In this document: piece after piece, positions 17,700-28,462 of the stretch
Position numbering within the stretch: position 1 is the first letter of the stretch
How the letters are laid out: each line of letters begins with the position of its first letter
Source of the DNA: an uncultured Candidatus Cloacimonas sp.
GTDB lineage: Bacteria > Cloacimonadota > Cloacimonadia > Cloacimonadales > Cloacimonadaceae
Direction: 5' to 3'
DNA: 64,000 bases
Assembly: GCA_964430595.1 (NCBI GenBank)
Contig: CAYSGM010000001.1
Coordinates: 12,689 to 76,688 of the forward strand
Made by a program: the position numbers and the translations under genes
Notes under the pieces: generated by a model
The model's input: the letters and a program-made list of their open reading frames with translations, nothing else
What the model was told of the DNA's origin: nothing
Databases searched by the model: none

Positions 17700-19733
17700 A
17701 TGTATAAACATCTGCGTTTCAGCTTAGGGCTGATCTTCTTGTTGGTTTGCCTCGCTTTGGTGGCTGCCGATCCCATCCCTGTGAAAGTATCTACAGACAA
17801 TGGTGCTAGCGACTCTGATATTCTGGCAGAGTATGATGGTGGCGTGATCCTGCGCAAGGATATTGACACTAAGATTTCGAAGTTACCCCCCACATATCAA
17901 CCTCGTTATCGCACGGTTGATGGGCAGATTGAGGTGTTGAACATCACTGCTACTGAAGATGTTTTCTATCAGAAAGCCTTACAAATGGGTGTTAATAACG
18001 ATGCAACTGTGCTTGAGCGCATCAGGAGTGTGGAAAAGCGGTATTTGATTCAGGAATACTATAAAAGAAATGTAACTGAATTGACCGTGCTGACTGAGGA
18101 CGATCTGCGGACATACTATAACGAAAACCTTGCATCCTTCTATCTTAACCCCTACATTACCATAGAGTACATTCAGGTTACCGATGAAGCTGAAGGTAAG
18201 AAGGCTCTGGATGCCCTAAAGAGCGGTAGCAGTTTGGCAGAGGTATCGGACAAATACAATCAAAATACCTACGCTAAAGGTTTGAAAGGGATTATCAAGA
18301 ATATCAGAATGAATGGAAACATTCCAGGTGTGGGTAATGACGCCACCCTTGAGGACATGATCGGTAAAGGCGAAGTAAACTCCAGCAAATATACCGGACC
18401 CGTGCAAACCGAAACCGGTTGGCACATCTTTCGCGTAACCGAATCCATTCCCGGCAGACAGAAAGAATATGAAGAAGTGATTCCCGAGCTTGAGCAACGT
18501 TATCGCCCCACTAAGGAACGCAGCATGCTGGATGCTATGATCGAGAAGCTTAAAACTAAATACAACGTTACTGTTGACAGCGATCTGGCTGCTCTTATAG
18601 ATATTAAAGAACGAGCTAATAACGATTCTATTCTTAATAGCCTGGTGATAAACTCCTCTAACGAAGCTTTACGTATTTCCGTAAAACAACTGCTGGAAAC
18701 ATATGACAAAATCCCTCCCCAGGAGCAAGTGTTCATCACCAAAGGTGGTGGTGCACAACAACTGGTGGAACAGGAACTGATGCAGAACATCATCTACGTG
18801 GAAGCACTAGCAGAGAATTATGGGCAGTATCTAACCGATAATGCAGACTTAAACGCTACAAAACGATCTTTTATACTCCGCAAGGTTTACGAACTGCTGG
18901 TAGTAAATACCGTCTCAGTTAGTAAAGAAGAAATTCAGGCAAGATATGACAAGGACATCGAACAATACACAACTCCCGGATATCGTGCCATAGAAGCTTT
19001 ATTCTTTGATAGCAAGAAAACCGCAGATCGCGCCTGGAGACAGTATAACCTTGCCAAGAAAAGCAAGAATGAAAAGAAGATGAAATCCATCATCACCAAA
19101 TACTCCAAAATGCCGGATAATGCCTTTCTCGATTTTCAATATCAGAACGGGATAGTTACCGGTATTGGTCCTGATGCCGATTTCTCCAAAATGATCTGGG
19201 ATAATCCGATTGGCTATTTAAGCCCGGTGTTCACCTCTGCCAAGGGCAATTTTGTCTTCTTCCGCATCTTAAGCGAAAGCCCCAAAACCTATAAACCCCT
19301 TGCCGATAATGAAACCAAGATAGAAGCTGCGATTAAGAAGGAAAAGGAAAAGACACGTCAGGACGAAGTAACCGAACAGCTATTTGTGGAATTCAATATG
19401 CGCAAATATCCGGAACGCGTAAACAGCCTGCTTACTGCCGAAGAACTGTTTACCAACGCCGATGACGCCGCCAGACAGCGTAACTTTAAAGACGCCATCA
19501 CCTTCTATGATCAGATCATCAGAAGCTTTAAGAATGGCTCCGACGATTATAAAGCTTCCTTCATGAAAGCCTTCCTGATTGCCGAGGAAATGAAGAACAC
19601 CGATCTTGCCTTGCAACTTTTCAAGGATTTCCTGATTCAGTACCCCTCCGGTGATCTTAATGAATCCGCCCGCTTTATGATAGACAGCCTGGAAGGCAAC
19701 CTCCCAGATATTATTGAGGATATTGAAGAATAG
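17700..19733 (+). CDS. Exported PpiC/parvulin-type peptidyl-prolyl isomerase/foldase (two domains) with C-terminal TPR
   Basis: Signal peptide; GPVQTETGWHIF and SPVFTSAKGNFVF parvulin motifs; TPR-like tail. Confidence 0.75.
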   Translation: MYKHLRFSLGLIFLLVCLALVAADPIPVKVSTDNGASDSDILAEYDGGVILRKDIDTKISKLPPTYQPRYRTVDGQIEVLNITATEDVFYQKALQMGVNNDATVLERIRSVEKRYLIQEYYKRNVTELTVLTEDDLRTYYNENLASFYLNPYITIEYIQVTDEAEGKKALDALKSGSSLAEVSDKYNQNTYAKGLKGIIKNIRMNGNIPGVGNDATLEDMIGKGEVNSSKYTGPVQTETGWHIFRVTESIPGRQKEYEEVIPELEQRYRPTKERSMLDAMIEKLKTKYNVTVDSDLAALIDIKERANNDSILNSLVINSSNEALRISVKQLLETYDKIPPQEQVFITKGGGAQQLVEQELMQNIIYVEALAENYGQYLTDNADLNATKRSFILRKVYELLVVNTVSVSKEEIQARYDKDIEQYTTPGYRAIEALFFDSKKTADRAWRQYNLAKKSKNEKKMKSIITKYSKMPDNAFLDFQYQNGIVTGIGPDADFSKMIWDNPIGYLSPVFTSAKGNFVFFRILSESPKTYKPLADNETKIEAAIKKEKEKTRQDEVTEQLFVEFNMRKYPERVNSLLTAEELFTNADDAARQRNFKDAITFYDQIIRSFKNGSDDYKASFMKAFLIAEEMKNTDLALQLFKDFLIQYPSGDLNESARFMIDSLEGNLPDIIEDIEE

Positions 19734-19757
19734 AAATAGCCTCTAACTACACAACAT

Positions 19758-19788
19758 TAGAAGAGCGGGATTTATTCCCGCTTTTCTA
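19758..19788 (+). terminator. Intrinsic terminator
   Basis: TAGAAGAGCGGGA-TTTAT-TCCCGCTTTTCTA. Confidence 0.7.
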
Positions 19789-19904
19789 TTGGCTTTAAGT
19801 TCAAAGCCCCAAACTTATAAAATGGCTATAATGAATACTCTTGTGGGCTTTGGACATCAATCGAAGAACTGTGTTAGTTTCATTTGCCCTTATACCTAGG
19901 TTCA

Positions 19905-20045
19905 TGCTCTCTTGCTTGCCAATACCGGATCGCAAGGTATCTGAACGGGGGATCATCGGGCTTTTGCCCGTTTAAGCCCCGATGAACCCCGGTTAGAATC
20001 AGCAGCGGTTGTGCAAGGTAGCTGCGGACATCTAGTCTGCAGCAG
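19905..20045. repeat. Palindromic intergenic element plus REP-like hairpin
   Basis: GGGGGATCATCGGG...CCCCGATGAACCCC; GCTGCGGAC-ATCTA-GTCTGCAGC. Confidence 0.5.
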
Positions 20046-20174
20046 CGATGATAGGCAAGTTCCAGATTGAACCATTCTGGCATGATAACCGCCCTCTGCT
20101 GAAATCACAAGAGGTGTGTACTATTAGGAATATGCTGTCTCAATCCGGAAATTGGATAAGACTGTAAACTATGG

Positions 20175-20864
20175 TTACACTTTGGCGACAGCAGCAGCAG
20201 GAAGCTTGCCTACCTGCCCATTGGGTAGGCGCACAATCACGAACTCGCCTTTGGTCTCCAGAATAGTAACAATTAATCCCGCATGGATATCGGTTATAGG
20301 TTTGGTGGAGGTGTCGGATAGTGGCAGCAACTGCTCGTTGCCGGCAACCAATACCCCCAGTGGATTATTCCTTTGCCTGTAGCTTTTTACTCCCAGCAGA
20401 GTGAAAGAACTGATGCAGAGCAGGCAAAGCAAGGCAAGGCTGAGGATAGGCAGGGCACGTTCCTTGTCGGGATCATAAAACAGCAGCCAGGCAAGGCTGA
20501 GGGCAGTTAAGAGCAGCAACACCAGGCTCAGCATCGCCAGCCGGTTCACGGAGAGGAAATCCAAGCCCTGAAACAACGCCCGCACCAGAAACAAACGCTC
20601 CGGGTAAAGCTTGCTATCGGGGCTCATCCGAATCGCCAAGTCCAGATTAGCCCGGGCATATTTATGTGCGGTATTTAACCGTAATGCCTTTAAATAATAC
20701 AGGTTGGCATAGCCCTGATTGCCGGAGGCAAAGTAATCCACCGCCTTGTTGTAATAATAATCGGCATTGTGAATATCACTATCTGCGGCTAATGAATCCA
20801 CCTGAGCCACAGCGGGAAGCCACAACACCAACAGCGTAAACAGCAGTAAGGCAGTCCTTTTCAT
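20175..20864 (-). CDS. batE: BatE-like TPR/SH3 membrane protein
   Basis: TPR, two TMs, C-terminal SH3-like IVRLPNGQVG; last gene of bat cluster. Confidence 0.7.
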   Translation of the reverse strand: MKRTALLLFTLLVLWLPAVAQVDSLAADSDIHNADYYYNKAVDYFASGNQGYANLYYLKALRLNTAHKYARANLDLAIRMSPDSKLYPERLFLVRALFQGLDFLSVNRLAMLSLVLLLLTALSLAWLLFYDPDKERALPILSLALLCLLCISSFTLLGVKSYRQRNNPLGVLVAGNEQLLPLSDTSTKPITDIHAGLIVTILETKGEFVIVRLPNGQVGKLPAAAVAKV

Positions 20865-22672
20865 AGCTTAGCTCCATTGTTTTTGATGCGGCTGAATCCG
20901 GCAATAATCTTTTGCAAGAGTGCCAAATCCTCTTGCAGGTTAATGGCTCTATCCGCCTCGGGCATAAAGCGGGCTTGCTGGCAGCTTTGCAGGAAGCCCT
21001 GCATCTCTGCTATCAGCTCCGGCGGGATGTTCTTATCTCGCAGGCAGGTTAGCTTTTCATCCGTGGAGAGGTGATTGGCAAGCTTATACTTAGTGGCAAG
21101 ATACTCGAATAGCGCCCTCTCTGCCAAGGGGTAAAACTCTGTAGACAGGCTTTGAGCTGCTGATGTGGCGTGTTTCATGTATTTCTGCAAGATGCGCCCT
21201 GCTTGCTTTTGCGCATAAAGCTCCGGGGATTTGCGCTTCAATTTGGCTTCGTAGGAAAGCACTGAAACAAACCCGCAGAGAACTAAGATCATCAATACCA
21301 GCACCCAATACCATGCCTGGCTGGCGTAGGCTTTGTAAACAGGATAACTATCCCTCTTCAGTTTAGGGTGCATGGTGCGGGGAGCTTGTGGTTCCCAAAT
21401 CCGGTTAAGATAGCTAAGCACATTGGCTGCCTTCACATTGATAACTTGTTCCGGCATAATAAAGTTACGGTATTCTCCCTGGTCATGATCGAACCATACA
21501 AAAGGCAATGCAGGCAGCCTAAGCTCGCCCTTAGTTTGCGGGATAAGCGTGTAGTAATAGGTTCTACTGCCCTCTATACCTGCCTTCAGGTTATCCATCA
21601 CCACCGGACTTGATGCCTGAAAGCCTTTGCCAGCAGTAAACACCGGTGCGGAGAAGCGGTTAAAATTCCCTCTGCCCTGGATTTTCAGGGTGAAAGTGAG
21701 GGCTTCTCCCAAAGCTAATTCGGTTTTGGAAATACTGTGGGTAACCTTAAAGTTGCCCACCGCACCGCCAAAGCCAAGGGGTTGCTTATCACGGGGCAGG
21801 GGACGGACAACAATCGCTCCCCCGCTACTACGGAGGTCTTTGTTCAGATATCCGAAATTATACAGCCTGGCAACGCCCAGCATCTGAGGGGCTTGTAAGT
21901 TTCCCTCTTTATTGGGGATAATCGCCAGTCGCTTTATCAAAGCACGTTTATAGTTCTTTCCCTGGTAGCGGACATCCTCGTAGTTCAGCATTGTGGGCTG
22001 CTCGAAAGTGCTCTTGCCGTAGCCCTCATAGTCCTTTTCATCATCCAGATTGAAGCTGCGAACCATCTCATCGGTGTAAAGATAGTAGGATACTACCGCA
22101 GGATAGCCCAGATAAACATACTGATTCTCCGGTAGGGCAATGAGCATGGTGTTGCCGTTTATCTGGCTGTCGCTATCCCAATCGTTAGGAATGGTAAAGC
22201 CAAAGGGATCACGCCGGGGGAACGCGGGAGAGGATTGCCTCTGTTGGGGGCTGTTATTGTTTGAGGCGATTATACTGATTTCTATGGGACGGGTTTTGTA
22301 GTCCTTATTGTTAACCCTTACAGTAAAAGAGGGGATGGTAGTTTTACCCGCTTTCTGAGGGAGATAAATGTAAGCATAGCTATGAGAATATTCGGACACC
22401 ATCCTGCCATTCTGGATCAATACAGAGCTGGATGAAGAACTGGTCATGTTCCTGAAACTAAATAAGCTGACTGCCGGCGCAGGTGGCTCTGAGATGTTCA
22501 AGCGTGAAGTATCGCTGATCCTAAGGGTGAGGGTTAGCTGGTCGTTTGTGGAAATGGTGTATTTGTTTACCGAAACATCCACCCTTACACCACTTAGGAG
22601 CACGGGGAATAGCAATAGAACAAGGAGGAAAAGAGGAATGAGGCGGGTTGGGATAAAAGCTGACTTAGGCAT
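20861..22672 (-). CDS. batD: BatD family protein
   Basis: GKTTIPSFTV, FGGAVGNF, GRGN motifs; synteny. Confidence 0.8.
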   Translation of the reverse strand: MPKSAFIPTRLIPLFLLVLLLFPVLLSGVRVDVSVNKYTISTNDQLTLTLRISDTSRLNISEPPAPAVSLFSFRNMTSSSSSSVLIQNGRMVSEYSHSYAYIYLPQKAGKTTIPSFTVRVNNKDYKTRPIEISIIASNNNSPQQRQSSPAFPRRDPFGFTIPNDWDSDSQINGNTMLIALPENQYVYLGYPAVVSYYLYTDEMVRSFNLDDEKDYEGYGKSTFEQPTMLNYEDVRYQGKNYKRALIKRLAIIPNKEGNLQAPQMLGVARLYNFGYLNKDLRSSGGAIVVRPLPRDKQPLGFGGAVGNFKVTHSISKTELALGEALTFTLKIQGRGNFNRFSAPVFTAGKGFQASSPVVMDNLKAGIEGSRTYYYTLIPQTKGELRLPALPFVWFDHDQGEYRNFIMPEQVINVKAANVLSYLNRIWEPQAPRTMHPKLKRDSYPVYKAYASQAWYWVLVLMILVLCGFVSVLSYEAKLKRKSPELYAQKQAGRILQKYMKHATSAAQSLSTEFYPLAERALFEYLATKYKLANHLSTDEKLTCLRDKNIPPELIAEMQGFLQSCQQARFMPEADRAINLQEDLALLQKIIAGFSRIKNNGAKL

Positions 22673-22675
22673 AAC

Positions 22676-23263
22676 TTACCACCACTTGGTTGGGGGCAAT
22701 CCCTGTTGGGGATTCTGTTGTTTACGGTCGCTGCTTTCCTTGTTATCCAAACCGCCCAGGATATTGCGTATTTCTTCCTGCTTATTGGGGTCTTGCTCTT
22801 TTTCTTTGTCGGGCTGCGGTTTGGGAGCTTGGTTTTGCAGCTTGTTCAGCGTAAGCTCATAATTAGCTTTAACATCGGTATCCTTGGGCTTTTCCAGCAG
22901 AGCTTTGCGGTATAGCTCCAGAGCTTTGGAGTAATCTCCTTGCTTATAGGCGATATTGCCTCTGTCGTAGTTCAGATTGCTGTTGTTGGGGGCTAGGTTT
23001 AATGCTTTGTCGGATTGCAATTCGGCATCACTGAACCTTTCCTGTTTATACATGCTTTTTGCCAGATTTGCATTAGCGACGGCATCGTCTGTTTTGGCAT
23101 TGCGGGTGAAGATCTTTTCCGCACTGCCATAGCGTTTACTTTTGTAGAGCGTTTCGGCGAAGCTCTGAGATAGAACCTTGGGACGGATTGCCAGTTCAAA
23201 GATAATACCCAGGACTATCAATGCCAGTATAATGAGGGCTATGTTCTTGCGCTTAAGCTTCAT
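22676..23263 (-). CDS. batC: BatC-like TPR protein
   Basis: TPRs, NYEL, Q-rich linker, terminal W. Confidence 0.72.
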   Translation of the reverse strand: MKLKRKNIALIILALIVLGIIFELAIRPKVLSQSFAETLYKSKRYGSAEKIFTRNAKTDDAVANANLAKSMYKQERFSDAELQSDKALNLAPNNSNLNYDRGNIAYKQGDYSKALELYRKALLEKPKDTDVKANYELTLNKLQNQAPKPQPDKEKEQDPNKQEEIRNILGGLDNKESSDRKQQNPQQGLPPTKWW

Positions 23264-24248
23264 TGGTGTTCTCCGCAGCCAGTATCCCCTTCCTGCGCCG
23301 GGGGTCTATAAAGCTCTCCAGCAATAGCAGGATAAGCGCTAAGCCGGCAAAGAGGTGGTACTGCTCTTGTAATACATTTATGCGCTTGCGGTTAATGCGC
23401 TTCTCCTCGCTTTCGTAGATGCGTTTTAGGATCAAATGGATTTCCTCGCCACCGGGGGTTACCCGATAGTAATCTCCATCCGTGATGCGGGATAACTCTG
23501 CAAGGGAAGCTTCGTCCAGCTTGCTAATCACTTCCTGTCCGGTTTCCGGATGGGTGATTTTGTAGCCTTCCGGGCTGCCTACTCCCATAGTGTGGATACG
23601 AACGCCCTTAGCCTTTAGGAGCTTGGCTTGCGCTGTGGCTGCACCCTCCAGATCTTCCCCATCGGAGATCAGGATTAAGGTGTTTTGCTGCTGCCCTGTT
23701 ACGAAAGCATCCGCTGCCAGTTCCAAAGCAGCACCGATATTGGTTCCCGGCTTGGGGATGTTGTTGGTGGAAAGGCTGCCCAGCACAATTTTGACTGCTT
23801 CATAATCGTCGGTGAGGGGGCATTCCAGGGTTGCTGCCCCGGCAAAGGTGATTATCCCGATGCGGTCTGTCTGCACTTGTTCCAGAAACGCCGATATCTG
23901 GATAACTGCCCGCATCAGCCTGCTTGGCATCATGTCCTGCGCATCCATGCTTTTGGAAACATCAATGGCAAAGACAACATCCATACCGCTGCTCTCGGTC
24001 TCCTTATGCACGTAATCCCACTGAGGACGCACTATTGCTACAAGTATTGCTGGCAGGGCCAAACAGAGTATTAACAGCTTGAAACTAACCCAAAAGGCGG
24101 ATTGACTGTGGAAGTAGTGGCTCATCATGTGGCTTTGAGCATAGCGCCCAAACCGCTTGTGCATCCGTGTTCCCCGCCTTAAGATTAGCCAGAAGATGAC
24201 CAGGCAGACCACTAACAGGATTAACAGATGCGGATTTACAAAATTCAT
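23253..24248 (-). CDS. batB: BatB VWA-domain protein
   Basis: DVSKSM MIDAS, PLTDD, ISDGE. Confidence 0.82.
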   Translation of the reverse strand: MNFVNPHLLILLVVCLVIFWLILRRGTRMHKRFGRYAQSHMMSHYFHSQSAFWVSFKLLILCLALPAILVAIVRPQWDYVHKETESSGMDVVFAIDVSKSMDAQDMMPSRLMRAVIQISAFLEQVQTDRIGIITFAGAATLECPLTDDYEAVKIVLGSLSTNNIPKPGTNIGAALELAADAFVTGQQQNTLILISDGEDLEGAATAQAKLLKAKGVRIHTMGVGSPEGYKITHPETGQEVISKLDEASLAELSRITDGDYYRVTPGGEEIHLILKRIYESEEKRINRKRINVLQEQYHLFAGLALILLLLESFIDPRRRKGILAAENTNEA

Positions 24249-24250
24249 GC

Positions 24251-25246
24251 TTATTCCGGTAGGATGGGGATAAAGTAAGTTTTGAGGACTAATTCCAGCA
24301 GCAGTAAGAGGAAAGCAAGCCACAGGAAAGGCATAAAGCGTTCGCTGAATTTGTAACTGAACTGTGCCTTGAACGTAGTCTTTTCCTGCTTATCTATCTG
24401 TAACATGATATTACTTAGGCTGTTGGCATCTGTTGCCAGAGCAGCTCTGCCGGTTCCGGTGGCAGAGGCGATTTTGTTAAGGGTGTCCATATCAAGCTCT
24501 ATCAGGGTGTTTATATAGCGTGTTCCGAAGATGGGATCATAGAACGGGAAAGGAACCATGCCACCGCTCCCTACGCCTATGGGGTAAACCTTTATGCCAA
24601 GCTGTTTTGCCATTTGTGCTGCGCTAAGCGGGTCTATCTCGCCGGTGTTGTTCACTCCATCGGTTATCAGGATCACCACCCGGGACTTTGCTTTGCTATC
24701 CTTAAGCCTGGCAACAGCTTTGGCTAGTCCCAAGCCAATAGCTGTTCCGGAAGCCTTTTCATTTACCTTCAATTGCTCCAGGCTGTTTAACATGGCGTTC
24801 TGGTCAAATGTTATGGGGATCTGGGTTAAAGCATATTCGGAGAAAGCCACCAGGGCAAAGCGGTCATTGGGACGGCGGGAAACGAAATCCATAGCGACTT
24901 TCACGGCTGCGCTAAGGCGGTTCTCCGGGGCAAAATCCATCGCCAGCATAGATCCGCTGATATCTAATGCAAGCACGATATCCACGCCTTTGGTATTAAT
25001 ATCCCTGGTTTGCACTCCCCATCTGGGCTGCGCTATGGCTATCACCAGAAACAGGATCGTTGCACTGCGCAATCCGGGATATAAGTATCGGTAAGGCAAG
25101 CTTCCTGCGCTTAGCTTTAGTAACTGCCTGATGCGGGAATGTGGCAGGGAGAGCTTGCGGTTCCGGGTCTGCCTGGTTTCCCACCAAAGATAAAGCGGGA
25201 TTAACAATAGGCATAGCAGCAGCCAGGGATGTTCGAACCTAATCAC
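24251..25246 (-). CDS. batA: BatA VWA-domain protein
   Basis: DISGSM.A.DF, TAIGLGL, ITDGVNNTG; probable GTG start. Confidence 0.85.
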   Translation of the reverse strand: MIRFEHPWLLLCLLLIPLYLWWETRQTRNRKLSLPHSRIRQLLKLSAGSLPYRYLYPGLRSATILFLVIAIAQPRWGVQTRDINTKGVDIVLALDISGSMLAMDFAPENRLSAAVKVAMDFVSRRPNDRFALVAFSEYALTQIPITFDQNAMLNSLEQLKVNEKASGTAIGLGLAKAVARLKDSKAKSRVVILITDGVNNTGEIDPLSAAQMAKQLGIKVYPIGVGSGGMVPFPFYDPIFGTRYINTLIELDMDTLNKIASATGTGRAALATDANSLSNIMLQIDKQEKTTFKAQFSYKFSERFMPFLWLAFLLLLLELVLKTYFIPILPE

Positions 25247-26163
25247 CCTGAAGCTCCTGATGAAGGCGGGCAAAAGCTTACAAAATAGTCTCTCAGCCAC
25301 TTTGTCCGTTCCTCTATTTCTGAAGGCCCCGGCTCTGCTTTGGCGAACTTGATCAGATCACAATAGCTTAGGAAGCTGCGGAGTTCATCACTTCTGTTTA
25401 TCCTGTGCTTCTTCAGGAAAACAGCTATCTCGGTCCCGGTCATTTCCATAGCAGGAAAGCGGTAAGTTGCTTCCAGGAAGCTCCGCAGAATCTCTGATAA
25501 GCGGAAGTGATACCCAAGTATATCGCCCCTACCAAGTAACCCACCCGATACAAGCGCATCCAGCTCTGTTAACGCAATCTGCCAAGCCGGGATACTCTTG
25601 GGAATAATGACTTGGGGAGGAGCAACGGGTTTAGGTGACCGCTTAAGCCGGTTTACAATCAGATAAACTGCCAATCCCAGAGCAATGAGTACTAACAGCA
25701 CGTAAAACCAAAGCCCCGGCTGGAAAGGATAGCGTTCCAAAGGCTTGATATCCCTCAGCAAGGTGTCTCCCTCTGCCAGGATAGACAGCACATACACCCG
25801 GAAGGCATCCGTGGAATCCGGCATGATCGTGCTTTCTGCGGACATAACCTGCAAGCGTGGAAACGATAATGCTCCGGTTTTAAGAGGCGCAATGCTAAGC
25901 TGCCAGCTCTTGCTATCTTGGAAGGGCTTGCTGCTAATAACAGCAAAGCTCTCCAGCGTATCTGGAATCGTGATCCCTTTGATAGGAAAATCACTGCGGA
26001 TAAGGAGTTTAAAAGGTGTCCCCACAGTCAGACTATCCACCTCGGATAGCTCCTGGGTTATGGAAGCCTGCATCGCAAAAGGCACCAAACAAAGCACCAG
26101 CACAATTAAAAGCGCAAGCTTAAGGAAGCATAACCTGTTAGTTGCCATACCCACGTGCATCAC
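25243..26163 (-). CDS. Bat-cluster membrane protein (BatD-like/DUF4381-like)
   Basis: LRDIKP, single TM, A.EMT..E, DLIKFAK; typical position. Confidence 0.65.
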   Translation of the reverse strand: MMHVGMATNRLCFLKLALLIVLVLCLVPFAMQASITQELSEVDSLTVGTPFKLLIRSDFPIKGITIPDTLESFAVISSKPFQDSKSWQLSIAPLKTGALSFPRLQVMSAESTIMPDSTDAFRVYVLSILAEGDTLLRDIKPLERYPFQPGLWFYVLLVLIALGLAVYLIVNRLKRSPKPVAPPQVIIPKSIPAWQIALTELDALVSGGLLGRGDILGYHFRLSEILRSFLEATYRFPAMEMTGTEIAVFLKKHRINRSDELRSFLSYCDLIKFAKAEPGPSEIEERTKWLRDYFVSFCPPSSGASG

Positions 26164-27053
26164 TTACCCCATCTCCGTTTCTGCCTTAGGGCAAAGAACT
26201 TGCGCAAAGCCTGCACATAAGAATCGTCTGTTTTTATCAGCAGATAGTCGCACTTGCATTTGCGAAAGAAGCTCTGTAGCTCTGTTTGTTGCTTCTGCAC
26301 CGTGTCTTTGTAGGCTTTCCGCAGTTTAGGATCGGAGCTGTTCACCCAGGCTTCATCGCCTGTTTCCGGATCATGCAAGCGCAGAATGCCCGCATCAGGA
26401 AGCTCCAGCTCGCATTTATCCAATATCTGCATAGCGATAACATCATGCTTTTGCGCCAATATCTTAAGTGGTTTCTCGAAGCCGGTATCAATCCAATCCG
26501 AGATAACAAATATTATACATCGCTTCCTAAGCATCCTCTGGGCATAACTGCATGCAGATGCAAGGGATGTCCAGGGGCTTTTAGGCTGCAGATACAGCAC
26601 ATCCCGCAAGATTGCCAGGGCATTATTACGTCCTTTTCTGGGGGGAATATACTTCTCGGGTTGGTCGGAATACATAATCAAACCGGCATGATCGCCATTG
26701 GCTATTGCCGAAAAGGAAAGCCCTGCCACAAGCTCTGCAATGCGCTCCCGTTTGAACATGGACACCGTTCCCAGATTCGCAGAAGCACTGATATCCACCA
26801 GAAATACTACCCGTAACTCGCGTGTTTCCTTGAACTTCTTGATAAATAGCTGTCCCATTCTGGCGGAAACATTCCAGTCTATATCGCGGTGATTATCTCC
26901 CGGCTGATATTCGCGCACTTCAGCAAACTCCAAGCCCTGCCCTCTAAACCGGCTGTGGTATTCTCCGCTGAACAGCTCACTAACAGAGTTGCGGGTGCGA
27001 ATCTCTATCCTGCGTATCTTTTTCAGGATGTCAGAAGCACTTTGGGTGAACAT
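26160..27053 (-). CDS. DUF58 VWA-like protein
   Basis: GLEFAEVREYQPGD..RDIDWNVSAR; DISAS. Confidence 0.88.
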   Translation of the reverse strand: MFTQSASDILKKIRRIEIRTRNSVSELFSGEYHSRFRGQGLEFAEVREYQPGDNHRDIDWNVSARMGQLFIKKFKETRELRVVFLVDISASANLGTVSMFKRERIAELVAGLSFSAIANGDHAGLIMYSDQPEKYIPPRKGRNNALAILRDVLYLQPKSPWTSLASACSYAQRMLRKRCIIFVISDWIDTGFEKPLKILAQKHDVIAMQILDKCELELPDAGILRLHDPETGDEAWVNSSDPKLRKAYKDTVQKQQTELQSFFRKCKCDYLLIKTDDSYVQALRKFFALRQKRRWGK

Positions 27054-27062
27054 TAACCCTCT

Positions 27063-28049
27063 TTAGGGAACTTCAATCTCGTCCAGAATGCGGTTAATAA
27101 TGGTCTCACTGCTAAGCTCTTCGGCTTCCGCTTCGTAGGAAAGGATAATCCTGTGCCGCAACACATCGCGTCCGATTGCCTTGATATCATCCGGGATCAC
27201 ATAGGCGCGTCCGGATATATAAGCGTAAGCCTTTGCGGCTCTGGCAAGGTATATGGTAGCCCTGGGAGAGGCTCCGAACTCTATAAGTCCTTTCAGATTA
27301 CTGATGCGCGGGTATCGCTCCGGATGCCTGGTAGCCTGCACCAGATGCAGTATATAGTCTTTCAGTTTTTCTTCCATGTGCACCAGGTTTATCACTTCGC
27401 GCATCTTGGTAATATCCGCAGGGCTTAGCACCTTCTTTAGGGCAATGGGCTTATCTTCCACCATTCTATCCAGAATCTGGCGTTCATCATCGAAAGCAGG
27501 ATACTTAATCTTAAGCTTCATCATGAATCTATCCACCTGAGCTTCAGGCAGGGGGTATGTCCCCTCTTGCTCGATGGGATTTTGGGTAGCCATCACAAAG
27601 AAAGGGCTGGGCAAGGCTTCAGTTTTATCACCAAGGGTAACCTGACGTTCCTGCATGGCTTCCAATAAGGCAGATTGCACTTTCGAGGGAGCACGGTTTA
27701 TCTCGTCCGCAAGGATGAAATTAGCAAAGATCGGACCCCGCTTGGCAGTAAACTCCCCGCTCTTCTGGTTATAGATTAATGTCCCGGTAATATCGGCAGG
27801 CAACAAGTCCGGAGTAAACTGGATGCGGGCAAACTGGGCATCAAACACCGCCGCCAAAGATGAGATTATCAGGGTCTTAGCCAAGCCCGGAACACCTTCA
27901 ATCAGCACATGTCCATTGGCAATTATCCCAATCAGCAAGCGATCGATAATCTCCTGCTGACCAACTATCACTTTCCCTATTTCGCTGCGGACATCATATA
28001 GCACCGCAGAGCTTTGTTCCACTTTGGTTTGTATCTCTTCTATCAGCAT
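27063..28049 (-). CDS. moxR: MoxR family AAA+ ATPase
   Basis: EGVPGLAKT, RIQFTPDLLPAD, DEINRAP, ATQNPIEQEGTYPLPEAQ. Confidence 0.93.
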   Translation of the reverse strand: MLIEEIQTKVEQSSAVLYDVRSEIGKVIVGQQEIIDRLLIGIIANGHVLIEGVPGLAKTLIISSLAAVFDAQFARIQFTPDLLPADITGTLIYNQKSGEFTAKRGPIFANFILADEINRAPSKVQSALLEAMQERQVTLGDKTEALPSPFFVMATQNPIEQEGTYPLPEAQVDRFMMKLKIKYPAFDDERQILDRMVEDKPIALKKVLSPADITKMREVINLVHMEEKLKDYILHLVQATRHPERYPRISNLKGLIEFGASPRATIYLARAAKAYAYISGRAYVIPDDIKAIGRDVLRHRIILSYEAEAEELSSETIINRILDEIEVP

Positions 28050-28199
28050 ATAACCCCCTGTTAAGGTAGTCTTGTTAATGTTTCTGCTATAAAGTAAGAA
28101 ATCGGGAATCCGGCATATACCGTAATTCCCGAAAAGCGGCTGTATATAAGTTCAGCTTTTTTACCGTGCACCCCTTAATTCTTGGTGCTTTTGCCTATA

Positions 28200-28397
28200 C
28201 TATCTGGTTACGGCTTTGCGGACTTTATTAGCTTTCAGACAGGAGCTGCATACCTTCACACGTTTGATCCCGCTTTCGAAGATAGCGCGGATTTCGTGTA
28301 AATTGGGATAGAAACGACGCTTGGTGGCATTCAATGCATGGCTGCGAGAGTTGCCAACCTGAGCGCTTTTTCCACAGATATCGCATATTCTTGACAT
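28200..28397 (-). CDS. rpmB: 50S ribosomal protein L28 (Zn-binding type)
   Basis: [10 protein letters not shown]...GNSRSHA...TKRRFYPNL...VCSSCLK. Confidence 0.95.
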   Translation of the reverse strand: MSRICDICGKSAQVGNSRSHALNATKRRFYPNLHEIRAIFESGIKRVKVCSSCLKANKVRKAVTR

Positions 28398-28462
28398 GGT
28401 TCACTTCCCTAATTATTGTTTGGTAGAGCCAAAGAAAACGAAGCCTTGATTTTGACAAGCAT

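Noticed and set aside
17528..17893. N-terminal extension of pilA in the ORF track (267 aa)
   Set aside because: Overlaps the divergent PPIase gene; the real start is ATG 17527 with AGGAGG and a normal prepilin leader.
20175..28049. MoxR-Bat operon as a novel system
   Set aside because: Matches the known Bacteroides-type bat cluster in order and content.
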